From Malacoraja senta (taxonomy: Eukaryota), in the NCBI GenBank assembly GCA_038087875.1, contig CM075977.1, positions 312,046,001 through 312,110,000 on the forward strand: a DNA stretch of 64,000 bases, in the 5' to 3' direction. The translations under genes and the position numbers were made by a program. Within the stretch, counting starts at the first letter, position 1; every line of letters begins with the position of its first letter. Positions 38,464 to 49,900 of this stretch are shown one piece after another. A model generated the notes under the pieces. It saw nothing but the letters and a program-made list of their open reading frames with translations, was not told the origin of the DNA and did not search any database.

Positions 38464-38612
38464 AGCTGGAACGGAAACTAGGAAAGACAGGTGCAATAAA
38501 GACAGATATAGAAGAGAAACACAAAAAAAAGACTGTGGACATGAAGGCATCAACAATAAAAGAATGTTCTATTCGACATTCTAATGAAAGTGACCGCGAA
38601 GATGAGGCGTGA
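38464..38612 (+). CDS. PDCL2: PDCL2 exon 6 (ELERKLGKTGAIKTDIEEKHKKKTVDMKASTIKECSIRHSNESDREDEA*)
   Basis: T-rich CAG acceptor at 38462-38463, phase 1, stop TGA 38610-38612. Aligns to the ELEWKL.EVGAIQTDLEE tail of PDCL2. The six exons sum to 717 nt. ATTAAA at 38648. Confidence 0.93.
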
Positions 38613-38869
38613 TACTGACAGCAAATATTACCAGATCATTAGTATTGATTAAATAATATGTTACATCAACTTATTCTGATCCATTTTTATTTTGTAATAC
38701 ATCCACATGCTTGTTAGTTTTGTGAGCTGACTTTGCTATGTCTGAAAACCAGATAAATTAAAAAAATCTCCAAACTCCTGAACTCAGCAGAATTGATGAA
38801 AACTAATTTTAATCATCATAGGCGGGCAGTATTAAGAACCGGTTTTCCTTTTGAGAAGACTTTGAGAAG

Positions 38870-41432
38870 ATGAGTTGAACAGGTACTTTGGATCCGTCTT
38901 CAATAAGGAGGACACAAACAATCTTCCTGATATACTAGTGGCCAGAGAATCTGGGGTGACAGAGCAACTGAAGGAAATCCACATTAGGCAGGAAATGGTG
39001 TTGGGTAGACTGAAGGGACTGAAGGTTGATAAATCCCCAGGGCCTGATGGTCTGCATCCAGGGTACCTAAGGAAGTGGCTCTAGAAATTGTGGATGCATT
39101 GGTGATCATTTTCCAATGTTCTATAGATTCAGGATCAGTTCCTGTGGATTGGAGGGTAGCTAATGTTATCCCACTTTTTAAGAAAGGCGGGAGAGAGAAA
39201 ATGGAATTATAGACCAGTTAGCCTGACATTAGTGGTGGGGAAGATGCTGGAATCAATCATAAAAGATGAAATAGCGGCACATTTGGATAGCAGTAACAGG
39301 ATCGGTCCGAGTCAGCATGGATTTACGAAGGGGAAATCATGCTTGACTAATCTTCTGGAAATTTTTGAGGATGTAACTAGGAAAATGGACAAGGGAGAGC
39401 CAGTCTGTAGTGTACCTGGACTTTCAGAAAGCATTTGATAAGGTCCCACATAGGAGATTAGTGGGCAAAATTAGGGCACATGATATTGGGGGTAGAGTGC
39501 TGACATAATAGAAAATTGGTTGGCAGACAGGAAACAAAGAGTAGGGACTAACGGGTCCCTTTCAGAATGGCAGGCAGTGACTAATGGGGTACTGCAAGGC
39601 TCGGTGCTGGGACCGCAGCTATTTACAATATACATCAATGATTTAGATGAAGGGATTCAAAGTAACATTAGCAAATTTGCAGATGACACAAAGCTGGGTG
39701 GCAGTGTGAACTGTGAGGAGGATGCTGTGAGAATGCAGAGTGACTTGGACAGGTTGGTTGAGTGGGCAGATGCATGGCAGATGCATTTTAATGTGGATAT
39801 CCACATTGGTAGCAAAACAGGAAGGTGGATTATTATCTAAATGGTGTCAAGTTGGGAAAAGGAGAAGTACAACGGGATCTGGGGTTCCTTGTTCATCAGT
39901 CAATAAAAGTAAGCATGCAGGTACAGCAGGCAGTGAAGAAAGCGAATGGCATGTTGGCCTTCATAACAGGAGTTGAGTATAGGAGTAAAGAGGTCCTTCT
40001 GCAGTTGTATGGGGCCCTAGTGAGACCACACCTGGAGTATTGTGTGCAGTTTTGGTCCCCTAATTTGAGGAAGGACATTCTTGCTATTGAGGGAGTGCAG
40101 CGTAGGTTTACAAGGTGAATTCCCGGGATGGTGGGACTGTCATATGCTGAGAGAATGGAGTGGCTGGGCTTGTATATTCTGGAGTTTAGAAGGATGAGAG
40201 GGCATCGTTTAAGGACAAAGGACATTTATTATCACATACACCAATTGGTGTAGTGAAATTTGACTTGCCATGCAGCACACAAATAAAGATAAGACACAAC
40301 ATCCAAGAATTTAACAATAAACATAAAAACATCGCCCCACAATGGTTTCCACTGAGGGGGAAGGCAGCAAAGTCCAGTCCCATCCCCAGTTCACCCATAG
40401 TCGGGGCCTATTGAGGCCTCTGCAGTCGCCGCTATGGCAGCCCGATGCTTCAGGCCCTCTCGCCGGATGATGAAGCTCCGACGTCGGGTGAACTCTCTCA
40501 GCGGCCCGGAGTGTCTGGAGCGGCCGCTTCCTCCCAGGAGACCGCGGCTCCCGAAGTCCACGAGCCGCGCTGGTCGATGCTCCGACTCTGGCGACCTCGT
40601 CGTGTGATCCCAGGCTCCGCGGTGCTTAAAGCTCAACGCCGCCCGCGGCTGCGCGATGTTGGAGCCGGCGGTCACAGCACTCCGGAGCTTGCTGCACGGC
40701 GACCCGGGTAAGGCATCGCCCGCTCCACGATGGTGCTTCAGCGCTGTGCCGCCGCCGAAGCTGAAGTCCTGGCCGGTCCCGGCAGGAAAACGCCGCTCCA
40801 GTCTGCCCGTAGGCCACGAGGAAGGGGCGAAGATACGGCTCGGAGAAAAGCCGCATCTCCGACCAGGTAGGTACTGAGAAAATAGTTTCCCCCTTTTCCC
40901 TCCCCTACCCCCCACATAAAAGTACTAAAAGACCTCCAAAACAAACACTTTTAACTAACTAAAAATAAAAAAGGGTGAAAAGACTAACAGCTGCTGGCAG
41001 GGCAGCCATACTCGACGGCGCCCCAGGTGGACCGGCGGATAAGCCTTATTGAAATATATAAGATTATTAAGGGTTTGAACACGTTAGAGGCAGGAAACAT
41101 GTTCCCGATGTTGGGGGAGTCCAGAACCAGGGGCCACAGTTTAAGAATAAGGGGCAAGCCATTTAGAACGGAGACGAGGAAACACTTTTTCACAAAGAGA
41201 GTTGTGAGTCTGTGAAACTCTCTACCTCAGAGGGCGGTGGAGGCCGGTTCTCTGGATACTTTCAAAAGAGAGCTAGATCGGGCTCTTAAAGATAGAGGAG
41301 TCAGGGGATATGGGGAGAAGGCAGGAATGGGATACTGATTGGGGATGATCAGCCATGATCACATTGAATGGCGGTGCTGGCTCGAAGGGCCGAATGGCCT
41401 ACTCCTGCACCTATTGTCTATTGTCTATTGTC
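38870..41432 (+). mobile_element. 5'-truncated CR1 LINE (RT), interrupted at ~40208-41045
   Basis: KSPGPDG, NYRPVSLT, QGSVLGP, KFADDTK; (CTATTGT)n tail near 41411-41432. Confidence 0.92.
40208..41045 (-). mobile_element. GC-rich non-autonomous retroposon nested in CR1
   Basis: It splits the CR1 sequence GGGCATC/TTATTGAAA. CpG-rich non-coding body; Rex-like 3' end TGTGATAATAAATGTCCTT on the minus strand. Confidence 0.7.
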
Positions 41433-43533
41433 TTCCGAATTCCACCCTCCCATCCATCTCACTTTTGCATTGGATCCTCTCCCCTAATAATGTAGCTTAA
41501 ACCCTCCTGAATAGGACTACCAAACCTGTCCACTGTTATATTGGTCCCAAATCTTTCAGGTCTAACCTGCCCATCTTGATCAAGTCACCCTGCCCCAGAG
41601 GAGACCCAATAGTCCAAAAATCTGAATCCCTTTCCCCTTCACCAACTCCTCAGCCACACATTCATCTATACTATCGTCCTGTTGTTACCCTCACTCACAC
41701 ATGTGAATCCAGTGACTTATCGAACACAACACGTGGCACCAGGATAATCGGAAGGTCAGTACCTTTGAGGTTCTGCTTTTTACCCTTTTTATGTCCAAAC
41801 TCCCTATATTCAGACCTCAATCCTTATTCTACCCGTCATTTGTGCTAATGCACACAAAGTCTTCTGGCTGCTCATCCTTCCTCTTGAGAATGTTCTACAC
41901 TCAGTCCAAGACAACCTGGACCATGGCACCTTGAGGGAAATGGACAAAACAGAATTCCTGCACTCTCTGCCTTTCCTGGAGGTCACTAGTCTATTTTCTG
42001 CCTGTATCTTGGTAATAACTACCTCACTATAACTTCCATCTATGATGCTCTCATTCTCCACGATGATCCTGAGGTTTGTAAGATTCAACTCCAGTTCCCT
42101 CATGCAGTGTCAGGAGCTACAGCTGAACGCACCTCCCACAAGTGTAGCCCTCAGGAACACTGGATGTTTCCCTTATTTCCTACAACTGTAAGAGGGAAAT
42201 ACCTGTGCCCAAACTGCCATCCCTATTGCACTAAGATCAAGGAAAAATTAGAAACAAAAATGGATTGCACCTCATCTTGCTGCCACCTTCTGCTAAGCCT
42301 CATTGCTGAAACTTCATGACCCAATGAAGCTTCATGAGCCAAAGCCTTAGCACTTACCCATAAACAATGCACAGCCTCTCCCAACACATCCATTCCCAAT
42401 CAGCCGTTTTGCTAGTGCCTGCCTTTATTTGATGCACCACTATGAGCAGTCTCACCTGGACTCCTGTTTGAATCTCCCATGAAGTTCCTCCTTTAAGTTG
42501 CTCACTCGCAAGTGAAACTTTTATTTAAAAAAACATAAAGTGCTGGAGTGACTCAACAGGTCAGGCATCACCTCTGGAGAACATGGACAGGCAACGTTTT
42601 GGGTCGGGACCCTGCTTGCCAACCTGAAATGTCATCTGTCCATATTCTTTAGAGATGCTGCCTGACCCACTTAGCTACTACAGCACTTTTGTGGCTTTTC
42701 TTATAAACCAGCATCTGCAGTACCTTGTGTCTAAACTTTAATTTTACTTTGTTTGTAGAAGGCATCCAAATGAGAATGCTAGGTGCACAGCATTTATTAG
42801 TCATCTCTGGCTGTTTGGTGAGAACATTTAAAATCAAACACACCCTGTGGGAAAGGAATTAGAAGTAGGCCAGAAAACTGGGTGTGAGCAGATTTATTTA
42901 TCTGAGCAACATGAGTCAAACCAATTGACGTTTCACACTGGATGTTTTCATTATCTTTTGTCGCGTACAAATATGACAGATTGGGTTTGTTTCAAACCCC
43001 ACCCAAATCCTTGACGTCTACCACCTAGAACAACTGCTGTCGTCAAGCTGCAAGGATGCATCCAAATCACATGTGCCCCCAATTTGTAAACTAGAATGCT
43101 ATTCCTTTGTAGAATTGCAGATGCTAGTTTAGAGTGCAGGAGTAACTCAGCAGCTCAGGCAGCATCTCTGGAAAACATGGTTAGGTAACATTTTAGGTTG
43201 GGACCCTTCTGCAGACTGGAAGAGTCCCGACCCCAAAACGTCATTGATCCATGTACTCCAGAGATGTGGCCTGACCCGCTGAGTTACTCCAGCACTTTAT
43301 GTCCTCTATATTACTAAAACTAAGATCTTGACCGCTTTTGACTTACTGTTTTGTGATTTCTGAGAGAACGCCGCCACTTCCGGCAGTCATTTTTGGCCAC
43401 CTCGCTCAGAGCCCCCCTCCGCCGGACTGGACCGGAGGATTTTTGCCATCGATGAAAAATCAGAGAGATTTTAATGTTTTCGAAAATTTCGCCATTCTCT
43501 CTGCTGCCCCCGCTGGCGGCAGGGGGGAGGGAC

Positions 43534-43647
43534 TATAAAACACGGAATGTCATGGCTCACTCAGTCTCTGCCAGACGGAGGAAGCAAGAGGGTCACGGCT
43601 CTCTGAGCTGCGAATAACACTTAACGCACGTCTACTCTACGGTGAGT
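43534..43647 (+). promoter_or_regulatory. Candidate Pol II core promoter and first exon within the Helitron
   Basis: TATAAAA at 43534, Inr-like TCAGTC with A at 43563 (29 nt downstream), donor CG|GTGAGT at 43642, ETS-like ACTTCCGG near 43376, CpG-rich context. Confidence 0.5.
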
Positions 43648-43659
43648 CCCCAGGATGTG

Positions 43660-43920
43660 GTTTTCAGAAAATGTGTTTGTTGCTTGCAAAGTGTTTGCCC
43701 AATTAGCTTTTTGGCTTTTTAAAGGGCTTTCAGAAAATGTGTTTTGTTGGCTTGCAAAGTGTTTGCCCAATTGGCTTGGCTATTAAAGGGCTCTCAGAAA
43801 ACGTGTTTTGTTGGCTTGCAAAGTGTTTGCCCAATTGGCTTTTTGGCTTTTTAAAGGCCTTTCAGAAAATGTGTTTTGTTGGCTTGCAAAGTGTTTGCCC
43901 AATTGGCTTTTTGGCTTTTT
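43660..43920. repeat. 64/68-bp minisatellite, left part
   Basis: About 4 units of GGGCTTTCAGAAAATGTGTTTTGTTGGCTTGCAAAGTGTTTGCCCAATTGGCTTTTTGGCTTTTTAAA. Confidence 0.95.
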
Positions 43921-46900
43921 TTTTTTTAAATCGAAATCTTTTTTATTTAGTTTTCAGGACATAACAATGTGCAAAGTTGTCCATTTGTTACAGACAGAGT
44001 GTACGAAAAGAGTAAATAAAAAACAACTTATGCCAACATAACAAGACAACAACAATAAAAGAAAAACAAGATACCAAAAATAATCCCTCCCCAGTCACTG
44101 CCAGTGATCATATGCAAATATCAGCCTGTCACAACAATAATCCACGATAAGTGAATGGGTAGACTGTTAAGCTGTTAAACTGTGCTTGATGATCAAGCAT
44201 TTACAAAGTCTGGAATGCATTTAAAAAAGGTCCCCACGCTTTCTGAAACCTTCCATTTGAATGTTGAAGTGAGTACCTGATTTTCTCGAGCTTTAGGCAG
44301 GACATAATATCTGTCAGCCATTGTGTATGAGCGGGCAGGTTAGGTTCCATGCACCTGAGCAGGATTGTTCGCCGAGCCAGAAGAGAAGCAAAAGATATAG
44401 TGCGGCGTTTATCTGCAGTTAATCTAACCTCCTCACCAGTGACCCCAAAAAGAGCGATTAGAGGCTCTGGTTTCAATTTGATGTTTAACACCTGAGATAA
44501 TGTATGAAAGACCTCTAGCCAGAACTTGTTAAGGCTGGGGCATGACCAATACATATGGTTAAGAGAGGCTTCAGAAATTTTACATCTAGCACAGAATAGA
44601 CTAACCTCAGGGTAAAAAGTAGATAATTTGGCTTTTGAGATATGAGCCCTATTAATTGGATCAGACAGTGACGAGCACATAGAGAGGTGGAATTAACCAG
44701 TTTAAGAATGGAACTCCATGTATCTTCCGAGAGAGAGAAGCCCAAGTCTTCCTCCTATGCTGCCTTGAGCTTGTCCATGGGGGCGCGCCTTAGATCCAAC
44801 ATCCTGCCATATAAAGCTGAGACAAGTCTATTCTGAGATGGGTTTAAAGAAAGAACTCTATCTACAAGGGTTGTGTCTGTTGGTATAGAAGAGCTGGGCA
44901 GCTTATAGAACACATAATGTCTTGTTTGCAGGTATCGGAAAAAGTCTGACTTTGGAAGATTAAATTTGTTGCTTAATTGTTCAAATGTTGCTATAGTGTT
45001 GCCCATAAGCAGGTCCTTGAAGCACACAATACCCTTCCTATGCCATTCTTTAAAGACAGCATCATGAGTTGATGGTTTAAAAAGGTGGTTTGATGCAATA
45101 GGGCTCAGTAGAGAAAAGTTATGCAACCCAAAACATTTCCTGAATTGAACCCATATCCTCAAAGAGTGTTTAACCACTGGATCTTTTACAGATTTAATTG
45201 AGGGGAGTGGAAGTGAGGAACCAAGTAGTACAGGTATGGACATATTATCATCTGTGTGTAATTCCATGGCTACCCAGTTAGGGCAATCGGGCTGGCTGTG
45301 AAAGAAAGACCAAAATGCAAGGCAGCGCAGGTTAGCAACCCAATAATAAAAGCGAAAGTTTGGGAGAGCCAGGCCACCAGCAGCCTTGGTTTTTTGAAGG
45401 TGGGCCTTATTAAGACGAGGCCGCTTACCTCTCCATATATAGGAGGAAATAACTGAGTCAAGATGGTCAAAGAAGGACCTGGGGATAAAACCCGGTAAGG
45501 CCTGAAAAAGGTACAAACATTTGGTAAAATGGTCATTTTGATTGAATTTATCCGGCCGACAAGTGACATTGACAGGGGTGACCACTGTGTTAGCATCTGT
45601 TTGATCTGGTTTAACAGAATGATAAAATTATCTTTGAAAAGATCCTTGTATTTCCTCGTAACTGAACCACCCAAGTATGAGAGCTTGTTTTTTTCAATTT
45701 TGAATGGCAAGTTGGTAAGATCCGAGGGTTGTACTTCATAGTTAATGTGAAACAGTTCGCTTTTTCCAAGATTTATCTTATAACCTGAAAATTGACCAAA
45801 ATTATTGAGCAGTGACATAGCAGAATGCAGAGAGGTGCCTGGGTTTGAGACAAAAAGCAAAAGGTCGTCAGCATATAGTGAGACCTTATGCTGTGTACTG
45901 CCCCTCCAAATACCGGCTATGTCCTCACAGCTGCGAAAGGCCATGGCAAGTGGTTCGATGGCCAAGTCAAAAAGCATGGGGCACAGAGGACACCCCTGGC
46001 GGGTTCCACGATGCAAGTCGAACGGCTTGGACAACTGTGAATTAGTCTGAACTGAGGCTGTGGGATGAGAGTATAGTAACCTGATCCATGAAATAAAGTT
46101 TGTTCCAAAACCAAATTTGTCCAGAACAGCCCATAGTTAGACCCACTCAACACGGTCAAATGCTTTTTCTGCATCAATAGATACGACACACTCAGGGACA
46201 TCCTCAGAAGCAGGGTAGACAATATCTAATAATCGACGTATGTTAAAGAAGGAATGTCTGCTCTTAACAAAGCCGGTTTGGTCCTCAGATATAACAGTAG
46301 GGAGGGCATTCTCTAGTCTATGAGCTAGAACCTTAGCTAAAATGTTAGCATCCGTGTTTAGAAGGGAAACGGGTCTGTAGGAGGCGCATTCGGTTGGATC
46401 TTTACCTTTTTTGGCGATAAGAGTAATACAGGCTCCGGCAAAGGATGGAGGAAGAGAACCTTGTCTGTAGGATTCAGATAGAACGGAACACAACTGTGGG
46501 GAAAGGAGTAGAGATAACTTTTTTTTAAACTCTGCCGGGAAGCCGTCAGGGCCTGGACATTTGCCTGATTGCATTGAGGAAATGGCTGAAGCTATTTCTG
46601 CCTGTGATATGGGTTCATCCAATCTTTCCCTAAAATCTAATGAGAGTTTGGGAATATTTAGACTGCTCAGAAAGTCATGCATTACCTTATGATCCGGTTG
46701 AGATTCTGAAGTATACAGCTGGGAATAAAAGTCTCTGAAAGCATCATTAATTCGCAAGTGATCCGAAGTGAACTGGCCATTAAGCATGCGAATTTTAGAA
46801 ATATTTTGTCTCGCTTTAGCACCTTTAAGTTGATTTGCAAGTAATTTGTCAGTTTTATCTCCATATGTGTAAAACATGGCTTTATTTTTTTAAAGTATGT

Positions 46901-49900
46901 GTTCAATTGAGTGAGTAGTGAGTAGGTTAAATTTGGTTTTGAGTTCCAATCGTCTTTTATAAAGAGTTGGATTTTGAGTTTGCGCATATTGCTTGTCAAT
47001 TTCTCCGAATTGATGAGCAAGATCTAAATGCTCTTTATTGGATTTTCGCTTCATTTGAGCAGTATAAGATATGATCTGCCCCCTAAGGTAAGCCTTAAGG
47101 GCATCCCACACAATCAGGCTAGATATTAGTGGAAAGAAAAAAAGGCTATCTCTTTTTCCATAAACTCTACAAACTTATCATCTGAGAGCAAAGTTGAATT
47201 GAATCGCCACTGCCTACTCTTTTGAGGCAGATCTGGAAGGGACAAGGCCAGAGCAATAGGGGCATGGTCAGAAATGACAATACTCTCATAGTCACAGGAA
47301 TAAACCAGGGGTACAAGTTGGTTATCAAGAAAGAAATAGTCAATTCTAGAATACGTATGATGGACATGTGAAAAAAATGAGTATTCCTTATCTTGTGGAT
47401 GTAAAGAGCGCCACACATCGCAGACACCATAATGGGAGAGAAAGGTTTGGATGAAACAAGCTGATTTACTTACTGTACTGGGGTTAGTAGAGGATCGGTC
47501 TAAAAGAGGATCTAACCAACAATTGAAATCACCACCGAGTATGAGTATGTGTTCAGGTCTGGAAGTAATGAAAATAACCGCTCGAAAAACCCTACATCGT
47601 CTACATTAGGGGCATACACGTTGACAAATACTACCAGTGTATTGTATAATTTTCCAGTCACAATTACATACCGACCAAACTTGTCAGAGATCACATTATG
47701 TGGTTCAAAGGAAATGTTCTGGCTGATAAGGATTGAAACGCCTCTGGCTTTAGCCTGAAAGGAAGAGTGGAACCCCTGCCCCACCCAACCTGATAAAAGA
47801 CGGCCATTATCTGAGCAGCAGATATGAGTTTCTTGCACAAAGGCTATTTCTGTTTTGAGTTGTTTAAGATGCGAAAAATCCTTTTTTCTTTTAACAGTGT
47901 GGTTTAGACCTTTGACATTCCAGCTCACTAGCTTTATGTCTCTATCCATGCATAATAAAGTAAAACATTAAGTTGTAATGTAAATACAATGAACCAAATG
48001 CCAGGCTGAAAACAAAGCAACGGGTCAGTGCAGGTTGAAAATGACTAGTGTGTAATGATGCGTTTATATAAATTGCTAAAATGTTACTGGCAGTGACATA
48101 ACCCCCCTTCCTACCCAAGAAAGCTGCTATAGAAAGAAGCAGCAAACTCTTCCAAACAAACATTTTACAAATCAAATCTTCCTGTTTAATGCTAAACTAT
48201 TTCTCCAGTATAATGTAAATACATTTAAGCACCTCTATAATAAAATACATTTAAGCACCTCTATAATAAAATTTTGACTTATCCAAATAGTCCCCCAAAA
48301 ATATGGCTATGAAGACTGAATATCAACTTTGGAATAACTGAACAGTGCAAACACTGAACTGTGTCATAGATACATAGAAAATAGGTGCAGGAGTAGGCCA
48401 TTCGGCCCTTCGAGCCTGCACCGCCATTCAATATGATCATGGCTGATCATCCAACTCAGTATCCCGTACCTGCCTTCTCTCCATACCCCCTGATCCCCTT
48501 AGCCACAAGGGCCACATTTAACTCCCTCTTAAATATAGCCAATGAACTGGCCTCAACTACCCTCTGTGGCAGAGAGTTCCAGAGATTCACCACTCTCTGT
48601 GTGAAAACGTTTTTCCTCATCTCGGTCTTAAAGGATTTCCCCCCTTATACTTAAGCTGTGACCCCTTGTCCTGGACTTCCCCAACATCGGGAACAATCTT
48701 CCTGCATCTAGCCTGTCCAACCCCATAAGAATTTTGTACGTTTCTATAAGATCCCCTCTCAATCTCCTAAATTCTAGCGAGTATAAGCCAAGTCTATCCA
48801 GTCTTTCTTCATATGAAAGTCCTGACATCCCAGGAATCAGTCTGGTGAACCTTCTCTGCACTCCCTCTATGGCTATAATGTCCTTCCTCAGATTTGGAGA
48901 CCAAAACTGTACGCAATACTCCAGGTTGTGGTCTCACCAAGACCCTGTACAACTGCAGTAGAACCTCCCTGCTCCTATACTCAAATCCTCTTGCTATGAA
49001 GGCCAACATACCATTCGCTTTCTTCACTGCCTGCTGCACCTGCATGCCTACTTTCAATGACTGGGTGTACCATGACACCCAGGTCTCGCTGCATCTCCCA
49101 TTTCCTAATCGGCCACCATTTAGATAATAGTCTGCCTCCGTTTTTGCCACCAAAGTGGATAACCTCACATTTATCCACATTATACTGCATCTGCCAAACA
49201 TTTGCCCACTCACCCAGCCTATCCAAGTCACCTTGCAGTCTCCTAGCATCCTCCTCACAGCTAACACTGCCCCCCAGCTTAGTGTCATCCGCAAACTTGG
49301 AGATGTTGCTTTCAATTCCCTCATCCAGGTCATTAATATAAATTGTAAATAGCTGGGGTCCCAGCACTGAGCCTTGCGGTACCCCACTAGTCACTGCCTG
49401 CCATTGTGAAAAGGACCCGTTTACTCCTACTCTTTGCTTCCTGTTTTTCCAGCCAGTTCTCTATCCACATCAATACAGAACCCCCAATACCGTGTGATTT
49501 AAGTTTGTATCCTAATCTTTATGTGGTACTTGTCAAAAGCCTTCTGAAAGTCCAGATACAACACATCCACTGGTTCTCCCCCTATCCACTCTACTAGTTA
49601 CATCCTCGAAAAATTCTATAAGATTCGTCAGACACGATTTACATTTCGTAAATCCATGCTGACTTTGTCCAATGATTTCACCACTTTCCAAATGTGCTGC
49701 TATCCCATCTTTAATAACTGACTAGCAGTTTTCCCACTACCGATGTTAGACTAACTGGTCTGTAATTCCCCGTTTTCTCTCTCCCTCCCTTCTTAAAAAG
49801 TAGGGTTACGTTTGCTACCCTCCAATCCTCAGGAACTACTCCAGAATCTAAATAGTTTTGAAAAATTATCACTAATGCATCCACTATTTCTGGAGCTACT

